A stretch of 63,556 bases of DNA, taken from contig JBBRWZ010000003.1 of the NCBI GenBank assembly GCA_038248895.1, forward strand, positions 1 to 63,556. The letters run 5' to 3'. Both the position numbers and the translations under genes were made by a program. The notes under the pieces were generated by a model, which saw only the letters and a list, made by a program, of their open reading frames with translations, did no database searches and was not told the DNA's origin. Positions 1-9,515 of the stretch are shown piece by piece (the stretch's first letter is position 1; every line of letters starts with the position of its first letter). The DNA comes from Candidatus Limnocylindria bacterium (GTDB lineage: Bacteria > Chloroflexota > Limnocylindria > QHBO01).

Positions 1-413
1 CCTCGGTCGAGCCACCAGTAGAGGCTGCGAGTCCCCGCGACGTCCACGCCGATCGAGATGCCTTCGCCATCGCTGACGATGAGGCAGAAGGAGCCGTCGA
101 GACGTTCCCAGAACCGCTTGGGGTCGCGCCGGAAGTCCGACGCCAGTCGTTCGAACAGCTCAGCGGCGTCCACCCGCGTAGGGATGTCGATGCCACCCAG
201 CGACCGGATATCGCCGTCGAGATGGAATGCCAGCGCGGGATCGCCGCCGCGCAAGGTCAGGAAACGCCGCGCAGCGTGGCCCACCACGAGAGCACCGTCG
301 CTCACGTGCGCGATCTCAATTCCCGGGTTTGAGCTTGTGGTGTGGTCCTGAAGGCGACCGAGGACCCGTTGCGCCAGTAAGCCTCGCCCGGTGACCCCGA
401 ACAACACTTGCAT
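1..413 (-). CDS. Asparagine-synthase-related protein, N-terminal part only (runs off the window edge; not in ORF track)
   Basis: Manual translation from ATG 413: MQVLFGVTGRGLL...FWERLDGSFCLIVSDGEGISIGVDVAGTRSLYWW, which resembles the AsnB segment L-x-G-M-F-A...A-R-D-x-x-G-x-K-P-L-Y-W. No N-terminal Cys. Confidence 0.6.
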   Translation of the reverse strand, partial: MQVLFGVTGRGLLAQRVLGRLQDHTTSSNPGIEIAHVSDGALVVGHAARRFLTLRGGDPALAFHLDGDIRSLGGIDIPTRVDAAELFERLASDFRRDPKRFWERLDGSFCLIVSDGEGISIGVDVAGTRSLYWWLDR

Positions 414-512
414 CGGTACGCGACTCAGTTTCGTATCCGCCGCCGTCAGGTTCACGTTCCGGAACGTTGCGAGCCCGCGCGGAGGCGCGTCAGGGTAGCA
501 GGTCGGTCGCGG

Positions 513-518
513 TAGCAT
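513..518 (+). promoter_or_regulatory. Putative -10 box TAGCAT (leaderless GT4 transcript)
   Basis: TAGCAT lies 6 nt before GTG 525; no SD. Confidence 0.5.
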
Positions 519-524
519 CAGGTC

Positions 525-1667
525 GTGGCACGCGATAGCGAGCGTCGGCTCATGTACCTGGTCACCTCCCTCGACCTGGGTGGCGCCGAGCAGCAGGTTC
601 GATTGCTTGCGCGTGAGTTCAGCCGGCGAGGGTGGCAGATCGACGTCGTCTCGATGGTCGAGCCCGATCGACCTGAACCGATGCTCGACGCTGCCGGCAT
701 CGTGGTCTCATCGCTCGGGATGTCGCGCGGCCTCCCTGACCCGCGAGGGCTGGCTCGCTTCGTGCGGCTCGTCCGCCGTCGTCGTCCGCATGTCATCCAT
801 GCCCAGATGGTCCACGCGAACCTGCTTGCGAGCATTTCGCATCCCTTCGTGCGGGATCCCGTGGTCATAACAAGCGCTCGCTCGCTCAACGAAGGCTCGC
901 GATGGCGCTACGTTGCCTACCGGATGACGCACCGCCTTGTCGATGTCGTGACTGCCGTCAGTCACGCGGTCGCGGACGAGCTGGTGCGCCGTCGCGCCGT
1001 CGCGAAAGGGCGCATCGTTGTCGTCCCGAGCGGAATCGACGCTGCGGAGCATCGCCGCGATGCACAATTGCGTGCGGCGGTCCGCGGAGAGCTCGGACTC
1101 GGGGACTTCTTCGTGTGGCTCGCCGCGGGACGCCTCGTCCCGGCCAAGGCGTATCACCGGTTGATCGATGCATTCGGCGAGGTTCACCGCGGTCATCCAG
1201 AATCAGCGCTCCTTATCGCCGGGGATGGTCCGCTCGAGTCAATGCTCCGTGCAGCGGTGACGGAGCGCGGTCTCCTTGCCAGCGTGCAGCTCCTGGGCCG
1301 GCGAGACGACGTCCCGGCACTGATGAGCGCGGCAGACGCCTGTGTGATGAGCTCAGACTGGGAAGGGCTTCCAATGCTTCTGCTCGAGGCGGCCAGCGCC
1401 TCGCTGCCGACGGTTGCCACCGACGTCGCCGGGAACGGGGAGGTCGTGGTGGATGGTGAGACTGGCTACCTCGTCCCAGCCGGAGATCCGATGGCGCTCG
1501 CGCGAGCAATGGAGCGCGTGATGGACCTGACCGATGCCGGGCGCTCGGCGCTTGGCGAGGCTGGGCGCGAACACGTGGCCGCCCGGTTCGACCTGGTAAT
1601 GATCGCCGACAGGTGGGAGGCGATCTATGAGGCAGAGCTCGAGCGGCGCGGCACCGGGCGATCCTAG
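525..1667 (+). CDS. Glycosyltransferase family 4
   Basis: N-terminal LDLGGAEQQV; C-terminal SSDWEGLPMLLLEA and VATDVAG (EX7E region). Confidence 0.92.
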   Translation: MARDSERRLMYLVTSLDLGGAEQQVRLLAREFSRRGWQIDVVSMVEPDRPEPMLDAAGIVVSSLGMSRGLPDPRGLARFVRLVRRRRPHVIHAQMVHANLLASISHPFVRDPVVITSARSLNEGSRWRYVAYRMTHRLVDVVTAVSHAVADELVRRRAVAKGRIVVVPSGIDAAEHRRDAQLRAAVRGELGLGDFFVWLAAGRLVPAKAYHRLIDAFGEVHRGHPESALLIAGDGPLESMLRAAVTERGLLASVQLLGRRDDVPALMSAADACVMSSDWEGLPMLLLEAASASLPTVATDVAGNGEVVVDGETGYLVPAGDPMALARAMERVMDLTDAGRSALGEAGREHVAARFDLVMIADRWEAIYEAELERRGTGRS

Positions 1668-3598
1668 CTCGGCTGACCGGCAGCAGACGACGATATCGCC
1701 CCTGCAGATGCTGACGGGCTCGCACTCGGCAGCTGCGTCAGCCAGCGGCGAGCCCAGAGCTCAAATACGAGGAGAAGCCAGAGCCTGTGCGCGTTGTCGG
1801 CGCTTCCCCGTTCGTGCTGCGCGAGCAGCGTGGCCGCGACCGACTGGTCGAGGTGCGAGCGCAGCTGAGCGTCAGGTGCCAATACCACCTCCCGGTAGCG
1901 ATCCCCAAGGCTCGCTCGAAACCAGGCTCCCAGTGGCACCGTGAAGCCGAACTTCGGCTGATCCAACAGCTCGGCAGGCAGCAGCTCCCGCGCGACCTCG
2001 CGGAAGAGCAGTTTGGTCGTGGAGAAGCGGAGCTTTCGGTCGGCAGGAAGCGTCGCGGCGAATTCGAAGAGCACATGATCGAGCAGCGGAACGCGTGCCT
2101 CCAGCGAGCTGGCCATGGTGGCGCGATCCACCTTGACGAGGACGTCCTCAGGGAGGTACGTGAGGGCGTCGGTCCGCATCATGCGATCCATGGAGCCGCG
2201 TGGTCCTCCGTTGAATGCATCAGCCAGATACGAATCTTGGTCGGCAAGCACCTCGTCTCCCAGGAGCCCGCTGCGAAGGGACCTGCTGCACACAGACATC
2301 GTATCCGCGTAGCGCTCGAAGTTCGTCATCGCCGCCAGGCGCGGCCACGAATCACCGCGACGCTCCCGCCGGATCGATGCAGGCAGGCGTCGAACAGTCC
2401 CCTGTGCGACTCGAGCACCGGCCGTACGGAGGGGGGCGGGGATGCGACTCATTCGGGACAGCGCAAGCTGGCGGCGGTAGCGGTCGTAACCGCCGAAGAC
2501 TTCGTCGCCGCCGTCTCCGGAGAGTACGACCTTCACTTCCCGCGCGGCGAGCTGGGCCACTCGGAATGTCGGAAGGGCGGATGGATCCCCGAACGGCTCG
2601 TCGAAGTGCTCCACCAACTCGGGCAGCATCTCCATCACGTCGAGCTGGACGACCTCGTCGGTGTGGTCGGCACCGATGTGCCTGGCCGTGGCTCGCGCCA
2701 GTTCCAGCTCATTGATCTCGGGGTCCTCGAACCCGACTGTGAAGGTCCGGATGGGCCGAGCCGACGCTTCCGCCATGAGCGCCCCAACGGTCCCCGAGTC
2801 GATTCCTCCGGAGAGGAAGAGCCCAACAGGAACGTCGCTGCGAAGGCGTAGTCGAGTCGCCTCTCGGAGCAGGGCGAGGCACTCTGCACGCTCGTCCGCC
2901 CGGCTCCGACGTGCCTTTGGCTCGTATTGAGGTTCCCAATACGGACGCGTCATCACCTCGCCGCCCTCCCAGGTAAGGACCGTTGCGGGAGGAAGCTTCT
3001 GAACCCCATCGATAATCGTCCGTGGCGACGGGATGTACTGATATTCAAGGAACTGCGCCAGCGCCGTCCTGTCGAGCCGGCGGCCGACAGACGCGTCCGC
3101 AAGAATGGCCTTCAGCTCCGATCCATAGGTCAGGCGTCCGTGCGCGAGGCGCCAGTACAGCGGCTTCTTCCCGAGCCGATCTCGCGCCAGCAGCAGCCGC
3201 CGCTTGCGCCGATCCCACAGTGCGATCGCGAACATGCCTCGAAGGTGGTCCACAAAGCCGTCACCGTGCTCCTCATACAGGTGGACGATGGTCTCGGTGT
3301 CGCCACGCGTCGTGAAGACATGGCCGCGGCGCTCGAGATCGGTCCGCAGCTCTACGTAGTTGTAGATCTCACCGTTCTGCGTGACCCAGACCGTCCCGTC
3401 CTCGTTGGTGACCGGCTGGCGTCCTGTATCGAGGTCGATAATCGACAGACGCCGGGCTCCGATCTCCGCCCGATCGTCGGCGAGACTCCATTGATCGTCC
3501 GGCCCGCGATGCGCAAGGGAGTACAACATTGCGTTGACGAGCTCTCGATCCTGGGGTGCAAGGCCGTGAGATGTGACGATGCCGGCGATTCCGCACAT
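1664..3598 (-). CDS. asnB: Asparagine synthase (glutamine-hydrolysing) family amidotransferase, probably glycan amidation
   Basis: MCGIAG (Cys1), HRGPD, RLSIID, NGEIYN, ARDRLGKKPLY, SGGIDS, SGDGGDE, KVDRATMASSLEARVP. Confidence 0.93.
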   Translation of the reverse strand: MCGIAGIVTSHGLAPQDRELVNAMLYSLAHRGPDDQWSLADDRAEIGARRLSIIDLDTGRQPVTNEDGTVWVTQNGEIYNYVELRTDLERRGHVFTTRGDTETIVHLYEEHGDGFVDHLRGMFAIALWDRRKRRLLLARDRLGKKPLYWRLAHGRLTYGSELKAILADASVGRRLDRTALAQFLEYQYIPSPRTIIDGVQKLPPATVLTWEGGEVMTRPYWEPQYEPKARRSRADERAECLALLREATRLRLRSDVPVGLFLSGGIDSGTVGALMAEASARPIRTFTVGFEDPEINELELARATARHIGADHTDEVVQLDVMEMLPELVEHFDEPFGDPSALPTFRVAQLAAREVKVVLSGDGGDEVFGGYDRYRRQLALSRMSRIPAPLRTAGARVAQGTVRRLPASIRRERRGDSWPRLAAMTNFERYADTMSVCSRSLRSGLLGDEVLADQDSYLADAFNGGPRGSMDRMMRTDALTYLPEDVLVKVDRATMASSLEARVPLLDHVLFEFAATLPADRKLRFSTTKLLFREVARELLPAELLDQPKFGFTVPLGAWFRASLGDRYREVVLAPDAQLRSHLDQSVAATLLAQHERGSADNAHRLWLLLVFELWARRWLTQLPSASPSASAGAISSSAAGQPS

Positions 3599-3765
3599 TG
3601 GTGTTCCAACGTCCTGTTTGAGGCGTGAGCGTGCCGGACCGCACCCCCGTAGTCAACCGCGTTACGTCGCGCACGAACCTGCAATGGCCTTTGTCACCCT
3701 GAGCTCCGGAGACCATCACCCTCCGCGACACGGAGGAGGCAGCTGCCGCGTCGCCAGAAGGCCTA

Positions 3766-3771
3766 TATACT
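3766..3771 (+). promoter_or_regulatory. Putative -10 box TATACT upstream of wzz-like gene
   Basis: Near-consensus hexamer 30 nt before GTG 3802, in the divergent asnB/wzz spacer. Confidence 0.4.
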
Positions 3772-3801
3772 CCGACCCAATGTCTGCTGTCGACTGAGAC
3801 C

Positions 3802-4656
3802 GTGCCGCTCCGCTTCCACCTAGACGTGCTCCGCTCCTCGATCTGGCTGATCGTTCTGAGCGTGGCCGTCGCTGCTTCTGTCGCGGTGGTGGTCAGTATG
3901 CAGCTGCCGCGTACGTATGAGTCGCGCGCCACGCTGTACGTGGGTCAAACCTTGGGTGACCCACAGCTCGACTACAGCGGCCTTCTTGCATCTCAGATCC
4001 TCACTCAGACCTACGCGGAGCTTGTGACGACACGGCCGGTTCTCCTTGCCGTCATCGCGGACCTCGACCTCGAGATGACGGCCACGGACCTCAAGAAGAA
4101 GGTGTCGACTGAGATTCCGTTGGAGGGCACGCTGCTCGAGATCGCGGTTCGAGACCGCGACCCCGAGCTGGCTGCAAGTATCGCCAATGCGATTGCACAG
4201 CAGCTTGTCGCGCAGGCACCCCAAGAGGATCCCTCGGTAGCCGAGGATCTACAACGACGACTCGACAATCTCGACGCCACGATCAATCGGCTGGAGGCCG
4301 AGGTTTCGGCGCTGTTGGCTCGACCGACTCGCACCGCTGCCCAGGAAGAGCGACTTGCGGTGGTGGAGGAGCAGCTCGCTACGTTTAGCGCAACGAGATC
4401 GACATTGATCGAAGACATGAGCCATGGTTCGCCCAACGCACTCACGGTGGTTGAGGATGCTATAGCGTCGGATGATCCTGTCGCTCCCAGCCGGAGCATG
4501 ATCGTTGGGCTGGCAGCGGCTGCGAGCCTTGCCGGTTCCGTCCTGCTCGCCTACATACGCAATGCACGGTCGCGCGCTGTTGACGACAGCGCCGTCGAAC
4601 ATCGCGCGCGAGGCGGCTCGGTCAGGAGCGCGCCTGTCGAGGGGCCACCCGCCTAG
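3802..4656 (+). CDS. Wzz/YveK-like polysaccharide co-polymerase (no kinase domain)
   Basis: N-terminal TM, TYESRATLYV, TYAELVTTRPVL, coiled coil, P-V-A-P-S-R before C-terminal TM. Confidence 0.85.
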   Translation: MPLRFHLDVLRSSIWLIVLSVAVAASVAVVVSMQLPRTYESRATLYVGQTLGDPQLDYSGLLASQILTQTYAELVTTRPVLLAVIADLDLEMTATDLKKKVSTEIPLEGTLLEIAVRDRDPELAASIANAIAQQLVAQAPQEDPSVAEDLQRRLDNLDATINRLEAEVSALLARPTRTAAQEERLAVVEEQLATFSATRSTLIEDMSHGSPNALTVVEDAIASDDPVAPSRSMIVGLAAAASLAGSVLLAYIRNARSRAVDDSAVEHRARGGSVRSAPVEGPPA

Positions 4657-5132
4657 GTGTTCTTCCTAGTCAGTGTATTGACGGGAGCCCGAGTGCCGAT
4701 GTCGTGGGAGTACGAGGCCTACGCCTCCGCCCCAGTCTTGGCTGCGCCTTGCCGCCACGATGACGCGGTGGCCGCCCTGCTGTCGATCTTCTCCAACGCC
4801 ACCACGCTTCGCGACCCAGAGCGCCTTCGAGCTCGGCGCGTACCTGGCCGCGCAGCGTTGTCGACGTTGCCCGCCGCGGTGAGTCGCGACCGATTCTCCC
4901 ACGCCAAGCTGCGCGGGCGACGCTGTTCATCCCAGAGCGCGCCATCGGGCCTGCTTGACAACGGACATCCGTCCCGCCGTCCTGCAACCAATCGGCCCAG
5001 GACGAATCCCCGGCGTCTTCGGTACCAAGTCGCCATGGCGCTCCGTGGCGCCCGCGTTGACACTCCCCAGGCGCGTGACCGGCGAGATCGCCACCACTGA
5101 ATGGCAAGCGCGGCCTCACGAGGAGCGGACTA

Positions 5133-6746
5133 TTGTTCTGGGATGGAAGCCGATGGATCGACCAGCGGGCTGCGACTCGCCCGGCCGCGAAGCCACAGGG
5201 CCGCCGCTTCCGGGACTGGCTCGCCACCGGAATCATCATCCTCGCCACTGTCGCGATCGCCTTCCCGTCGATTCGCGCACAGGCGGACGTCCCGATCCTC
5301 TCCCTTTCTCCGGGCAACGGGAATGTCGGGGCGCGCGTAACGCTTGAGGTGCACGGGGCCGAGCCTGGAGCGTGGCTGAATGTGACCTGGGACGGCTCGG
5401 CGGCAAGCATGCCGGCCGGCGTCGCCTCGAGAAAGGGCGAGCTTAAGGTCCGCTTCACCGTCCCAGCGACAACGCCGGGATCCCACACGGTTGCCGTCGT
5501 CACCACGGCGCCGCCACCCCGCGGGAGACCTGATCGCTCCATCGGCGCTGTGCAGCCAGCCGGTGTGGTGCTCGCGAGGATCGGCTTCGTGGTCGAGGGT
5601 GCGCCTCCCGTAGTGGAGACGCCGGCTCCCATTCCGACCGCCACCGTCTCGGCTGCGGTCGTCACGCCGTCGCCAACGCTTGCTCCGACGCCCGTCCCGA
5701 CCGCGGTCCTTCCATCTCCCGTGGTCACGCCCGTGATGACGCCGACACCAGCGCCTCCGGCCCCGCCACCCGGATGCCCCCGCGTCGCGACTGCCGACGC
5801 CACTGGAGCCGCTGATGCGACGGCAGCGCTCATGGCAGATATCAATGCGACACCGGCCGGAGGGACCCTCTGCCTCCAGGCAGGCGGGACGTATCGCCTG
5901 AATGGTCAGCTCCACATCGTCAACCGCAACGGCCTGACCATCGAGGGCAACGGGGCGACCATCAGGCGGCCCAGCGAGTCTGCATCGCCGCTGGTGCTTG
6001 TCGACCAGGGCGGCAACGACGTCACGCTGCGCAACTTCACGTTGGACGGGGCGAGCTCGCAGCCGGGTGTGTGGAGGGCGAGCCTCGAAGCCGGTCATGC
6101 GATCTGCATTGGCGGCTCGATCCGGGTTACCCTCGATGGCATGACGCTGCGCAACGTGACCGGCGATGGGCTGTACATCGCCGGCGGCGCGAGCTTGTTC
6201 CGGCCCGCCGATGGCGTGACGATGGTCAGCTCAATCATCGACGGCACTGGGCGGAATGGCGTGTCCATCACCGACGGCGGCGACCATGTCGTGATTGCGG
6301 GCAATGTCTTTCGCCGCATCGGTTACTACACGTTCGACATCGAGCCCAATGGACATACCGAGCTCGGCTTGCCGGGCGCTGTCAACGTCGATTTCGTGGA
6401 CAACGCGCTGGGCCCGCAAGCCTACGCCTACAACCCCACCGTCCACGGGTTCGTGTTCGCAGTGACCGGCAGCTCAGGCGGCGGTCCCGCGATCGACATC
6501 GATGTCAGCCGCAATGTCCTCAGCGGGCAGCCGTTTCGCGTCGGCGTCTACGACAACGGGGGAGCGCGACAGAACATCAGGGTCACCTATAACCGCACCG
6601 ACACCCGGAACACGGGGCAAGTCATGACACCGCTGCTCTTCTTTGGCGGCGTGGCTGGGCTGGCGGTCATGAACAATGTTGGCTTCACCAATGCCGAGGT
6701 CAGCACGCCGGGCTCGACGAGCGTTAGCCTCAGCGGGAACCAATGA
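5133..6746 (+). CDS. Secreted or anchored right-handed beta-helix (pectin-lyase-fold) protein with Ig-like domain and Pro/Thr linker
   Basis: TTG start after AGGAG; hydrophobic segment ending AQA; PTPVPT-type linker; repeated G-D-G-L-Y-I / G-R-N-G-V-S-I / I-D-I-E-P-N coils. Confidence 0.8.
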   Translation: MFWDGSRWIDQRAATRPAAKPQGRRFRDWLATGIIILATVAIAFPSIRAQADVPILSLSPGNGNVGARVTLEVHGAEPGAWLNVTWDGSAASMPAGVASRKGELKVRFTVPATTPGSHTVAVVTTAPPPRGRPDRSIGAVQPAGVVLARIGFVVEGAPPVVETPAPIPTATVSAAVVTPSPTLAPTPVPTAVLPSPVVTPVMTPTPAPPAPPPGCPRVATADATGAADATAALMADINATPAGGTLCLQAGGTYRLNGQLHIVNRNGLTIEGNGATIRRPSESASPLVLVDQGGNDVTLRNFTLDGASSQPGVWRASLEAGHAICIGGSIRVTLDGMTLRNVTGDGLYIAGGASLFRPADGVTMVSSIIDGTGRNGVSITDGGDHVVIAGNVFRRIGYYTFDIEPNGHTELGLPGAVNVDFVDNALGPQAYAYNPTVHGFVFAVTGSSGGGPAIDIDVSRNVLSGQPFRVGVYDNGGARQNIRVTYNRTDTRNTGQVMTPLLFFGGVAGLAVMNNVGFTNAEVSTPGSTSVSLSGNQ

Positions 6747-6870
6747 GCTTGAGACCTCCCGCTGCTATTGGCGCCTCCCTCCGTTGACACGCTCATTGCA
6801 ACGTGCGCACACTCCGGACGCTGCAGCATCCAAAGCATCGTCACATCTGATACTCCGCGTTGGGTGACCG

Positions 6871-7899
6871 GTGAACGCGAAAGTGAACGAGCAAGCGAGT
6901 GGTCAAGTGGCGCCGACCGAAGCGGTTCCGACGGTGGTGTCCGTCGCGGACGATTCAGGCCCCACCTTCACCATCTTCACGCCGACGTATAACCGCGCTC
7001 ACGTGCTCGATCGGGTGTACCGGAGCCTCGTGGCGCAGACGTTCCGCGACTTCGAGTGGCTGGTCATCGACAACGCTTCCACGGACGGGACGGACGCACT
7101 GGTCGACGCCTGGGTTCGTGACGCTGAGATTAGGGTTCGCTACCTGAAGAACGAGGCCAACATTGGCCGCCAGGGATCCTGGCGAAGGGCAATTCAGGAG
7201 GCGCGCGGCAGGCTGTTCACGGAGATGCGGTCGGCGGACAGCCTTGTTCCCCACGCGCTCGAGCGTCTGAAGTACCACTGGGACTCGATCCCTGACGTCG
7301 AGCGAGCGCACTTCTCGGCGGTAAGCGCGCTCGCCGTCGATGAGTACGGCCGGCTGGACGGGACGCCATACCCGCGTGATGTGCTCGACGCGGATTCGAT
7401 CTCGATACGATTTCGGCACAAGGTTCGGGGTGACAAGTTCGGGTTTCAACGGACCGACGTCTTGCGCAGCGTGCCGATCCCGGACCTTCCTGGCTACGCT
7501 GGGTACATCCCCACGCGGATCGTCTGGCGCGCAATTGCCCGTCGCTACAAGACTCGCTTCGTGAATGAGCCGCTCCGCGTGTATTGGCACGACCAGGGAC
7601 CGGGCCTGTCCCATCCGGTCGACAAGTGGACCAACGCTCCGGGCCGCATGCTCGAGGCGGAAGATCTCCTGAACAACGACTTGCGTTGGCTGCGCTTCGC
7701 TCCGGTAACCTTCTTTCGCAGCGCGGCGGCGTACGTGTGCAGTGGCTGGCACGCGGGCCGATCGCCGTTCCGTCAGGTTGCGGAGCTGCGCGGCGCAGGC
7801 GCTCGCCTCCTATGGCTGGCGGCTCTTCCGGTCTGGACGGCGTTTTTTCTGATCCAGCGCGTTGCTCCTCCGCTCGGGCGGCGGCTGCCGAATCCATAA
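6871..7899 (+). CDS. Glycosyltransferase family 2
   Basis: FTIFTPTYNRAH, WLVIDNASTDGT, SAD motif. Confidence 0.9.
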   Translation: MNAKVNEQASGQVAPTEAVPTVVSVADDSGPTFTIFTPTYNRAHVLDRVYRSLVAQTFRDFEWLVIDNASTDGTDALVDAWVRDAEIRVRYLKNEANIGRQGSWRRAIQEARGRLFTEMRSADSLVPHALERLKYHWDSIPDVERAHFSAVSALAVDEYGRLDGTPYPRDVLDADSISIRFRHKVRGDKFGFQRTDVLRSVPIPDLPGYAGYIPTRIVWRAIARRYKTRFVNEPLRVYWHDQGPGLSHPVDKWTNAPGRMLEAEDLLNNDLRWLRFAPVTFFRSAAAYVCSGWHAGRSPFRQVAELRGAGARLLWLAALPVWTAFFLIQRVAPPLGRRLPNP

Positions 7900-7921
7900 A
7901 GCAAACCCCATGTGAGCTCCG

Positions 7922-9499
7922 TCACTCCGTTTGCCTCGGCAGCCTTAGCCGTTGAGCGACGAGGCGAAGCAACGTGGGAATTTCCTCGATCCCCAGGGCG
8001 ATGGCGGTGATCGTGTATACGATGGCTGCCGCCAGCCCGACCGGGATGAGGAGGAGCAGGTCCGCAAGGCCGCCACCGCGGCCGACGCCGGACCAAGCGA
8101 TGGCCGTCACGGCGGCGGCTGGGAGGGCAATGGCACCAAGGGCTCGCACTGTGGTGAGCGCAAGCTGGCGCAGAGGAAAATCGTCTTCCGCGCGGGCCAG
8201 CCGCACGGCGAGGAATCCAACCAGGATGCTGCCCGTGATCGAGCTGGACAGGGCAATCCCCGCTACGCCGAGCCATCCGCCGAGGACTAGGTCAAGCGTG
8301 ATATTCATGATCACATTCATAACGCCGGTGGCGAGCAGTACCCCCCCGCGACGACGAGCATTGTGGGCTCCGGCCAGCACCGGCGAGACCATCATCACCA
8401 GGATCAGCGGCCCAAAGGCGGCCACGACACCCGTCGTGACTGCGATCTCGCTTGCCCCAAACTTTCCGCGCCCGAAGGCGACCTCCACGGCGAGTGGAGC
8501 CAGCGCCACTGCTAGGATCGCAACAGGAACGAACGCTACCAGGGCGTACGCGATGGATCGTCCGGTCGTCGCCCCGAGGCGAGAAGCGATCGCGTGACCA
8601 GCAGCCCGGACCTGCGCCGGGTACAGCGCAGAGCTCCATGCCGGCGCTATCGCGGTGATCGGTGTCCGGATCAGTACCTCGCCATACCGGAGAGCGCTTA
8701 CGGCGCCGGGGCCGATGAGCGACGCTATGGCGCGGTCGCCTATGACGTTGATCTGTAGGATCGCCCCGCTCATGGTGAGGGGCAATGCGTGCGAGAGAAA
8801 CGCCCCCAAACCCAATCCCCGGACCCGCCCTATCAGAAGCGGTGCAATCGATGCTCGAACCGTTGCGACAAGAAGCACCGCCGTCGTGACCATCGGTCCT
8901 AGCAGGTGGCCGAGAGCGTATGCCCCTAGCCCGAGTGGGCCCCAGAGCAGAACGAGGACCACGAGCGTTGTGGCCGGCCCGCTCAGCGTCGCAAGGGCGA
9001 TCGGCGCAAAGCGTTCCTCGGCCTGGCAGAGCGACATCAGGATGCCGGCTACCGGAGAAAACAAGGCGACCGGCGCCAGAAGGCGGAGGTAGCCAACGGC
9101 GCTGTCTCGGCTGGCTTCACTCAGGCCGGGGCCAGCGATCGCGACCACTGGGCCCGCAAAGGCAATCAGCGAGATCGTCACGAGGATCGCGCCGGTCGCG
9201 ACAAGAGTAAGGACTGCTCCGGCGAGGCGGCGTGCCTGCCGCGGACCGGCGGAGCTACGCGCTTCGAGGTAGGCAGGAACCAGCGCCGTGATCGTGCCGC
9301 TTGTCAGGACCCCTGACAGGCTCAGGGGCAGGACCAGCGCGATCAGGAGCGCGTCGAGTTCCCGCGAGAGGCCAACCTGCGCCGCAACGAACAACTCCCG
9401 CCCCAATGCGACGAGCTGCACTGCCAGGCTCCCGCCTGTCAGGATCAGCGCGGATCTGCCGACCCTGCGAAGGGACGGTCCGGTGCTGGACGCGGTCAT
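7922..9499 (-). CDS. MurJ/MviN-type (MOP) lipid-linked glycan flippase
   Basis: Many TM segments; GRELFVAAQVG, DRAIAS, VSALRYG, AFGRGKFG, GIALSSSI. Confidence 0.85.
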   Translation of the reverse strand: MTASSTGPSLRRVGRSALILTGGSLAVQLVALGRELFVAAQVGLSRELDALLIALVLPLSLSGVLTSGTITALVPAYLEARSSAGPRQARRLAGAVLTLVATGAILVTISLIAFAGPVVAIAGPGLSEASRDSAVGYLRLLAPVALFSPVAGILMSLCQAEERFAPIALATLSGPATTLVVLVLLWGPLGLGAYALGHLLGPMVTTAVLLVATVRASIAPLLIGRVRGLGLGAFLSHALPLTMSGAILQINVIGDRAIASLIGPGAVSALRYGEVLIRTPITAIAPAWSSALYPAQVRAAGHAIASRLGATTGRSIAYALVAFVPVAILAVALAPLAVEVAFGRGKFGASEIAVTTGVVAAFGPLILVMMVSPVLAGAHNARRRGGVLLATGVMNVIMNITLDLVLGGWLGVAGIALSSSITGSILVGFLAVRLARAEDDFPLRQLALTTVRALGAIALPAAAVTAIAWSGVGRGGGLADLLLLIPVGLAAAIVYTITAIALGIEEIPTLLRLVAQRLRLPRQTE

Positions 9500-9515
9500 G
9501 CGCCAGGTGAAACTT

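Noticed and set aside
2473-2480. ops-like GGCGGTAG
   Set aside because: Lies antisense inside the asnB coding region, not in a leader.
4657-5132. ORFs and TTGACA hexamers in the wzz/beta-helix gap
   Set aside because: No coherent protein, and no correctly spaced -10 partner for either TTGACA.
5620-5790. CCGAC/CCGTC periodicity as a DNA repeat array
   Set aside because: Explained by the Pro/Thr linker codons; the same applies at 46080-46260.
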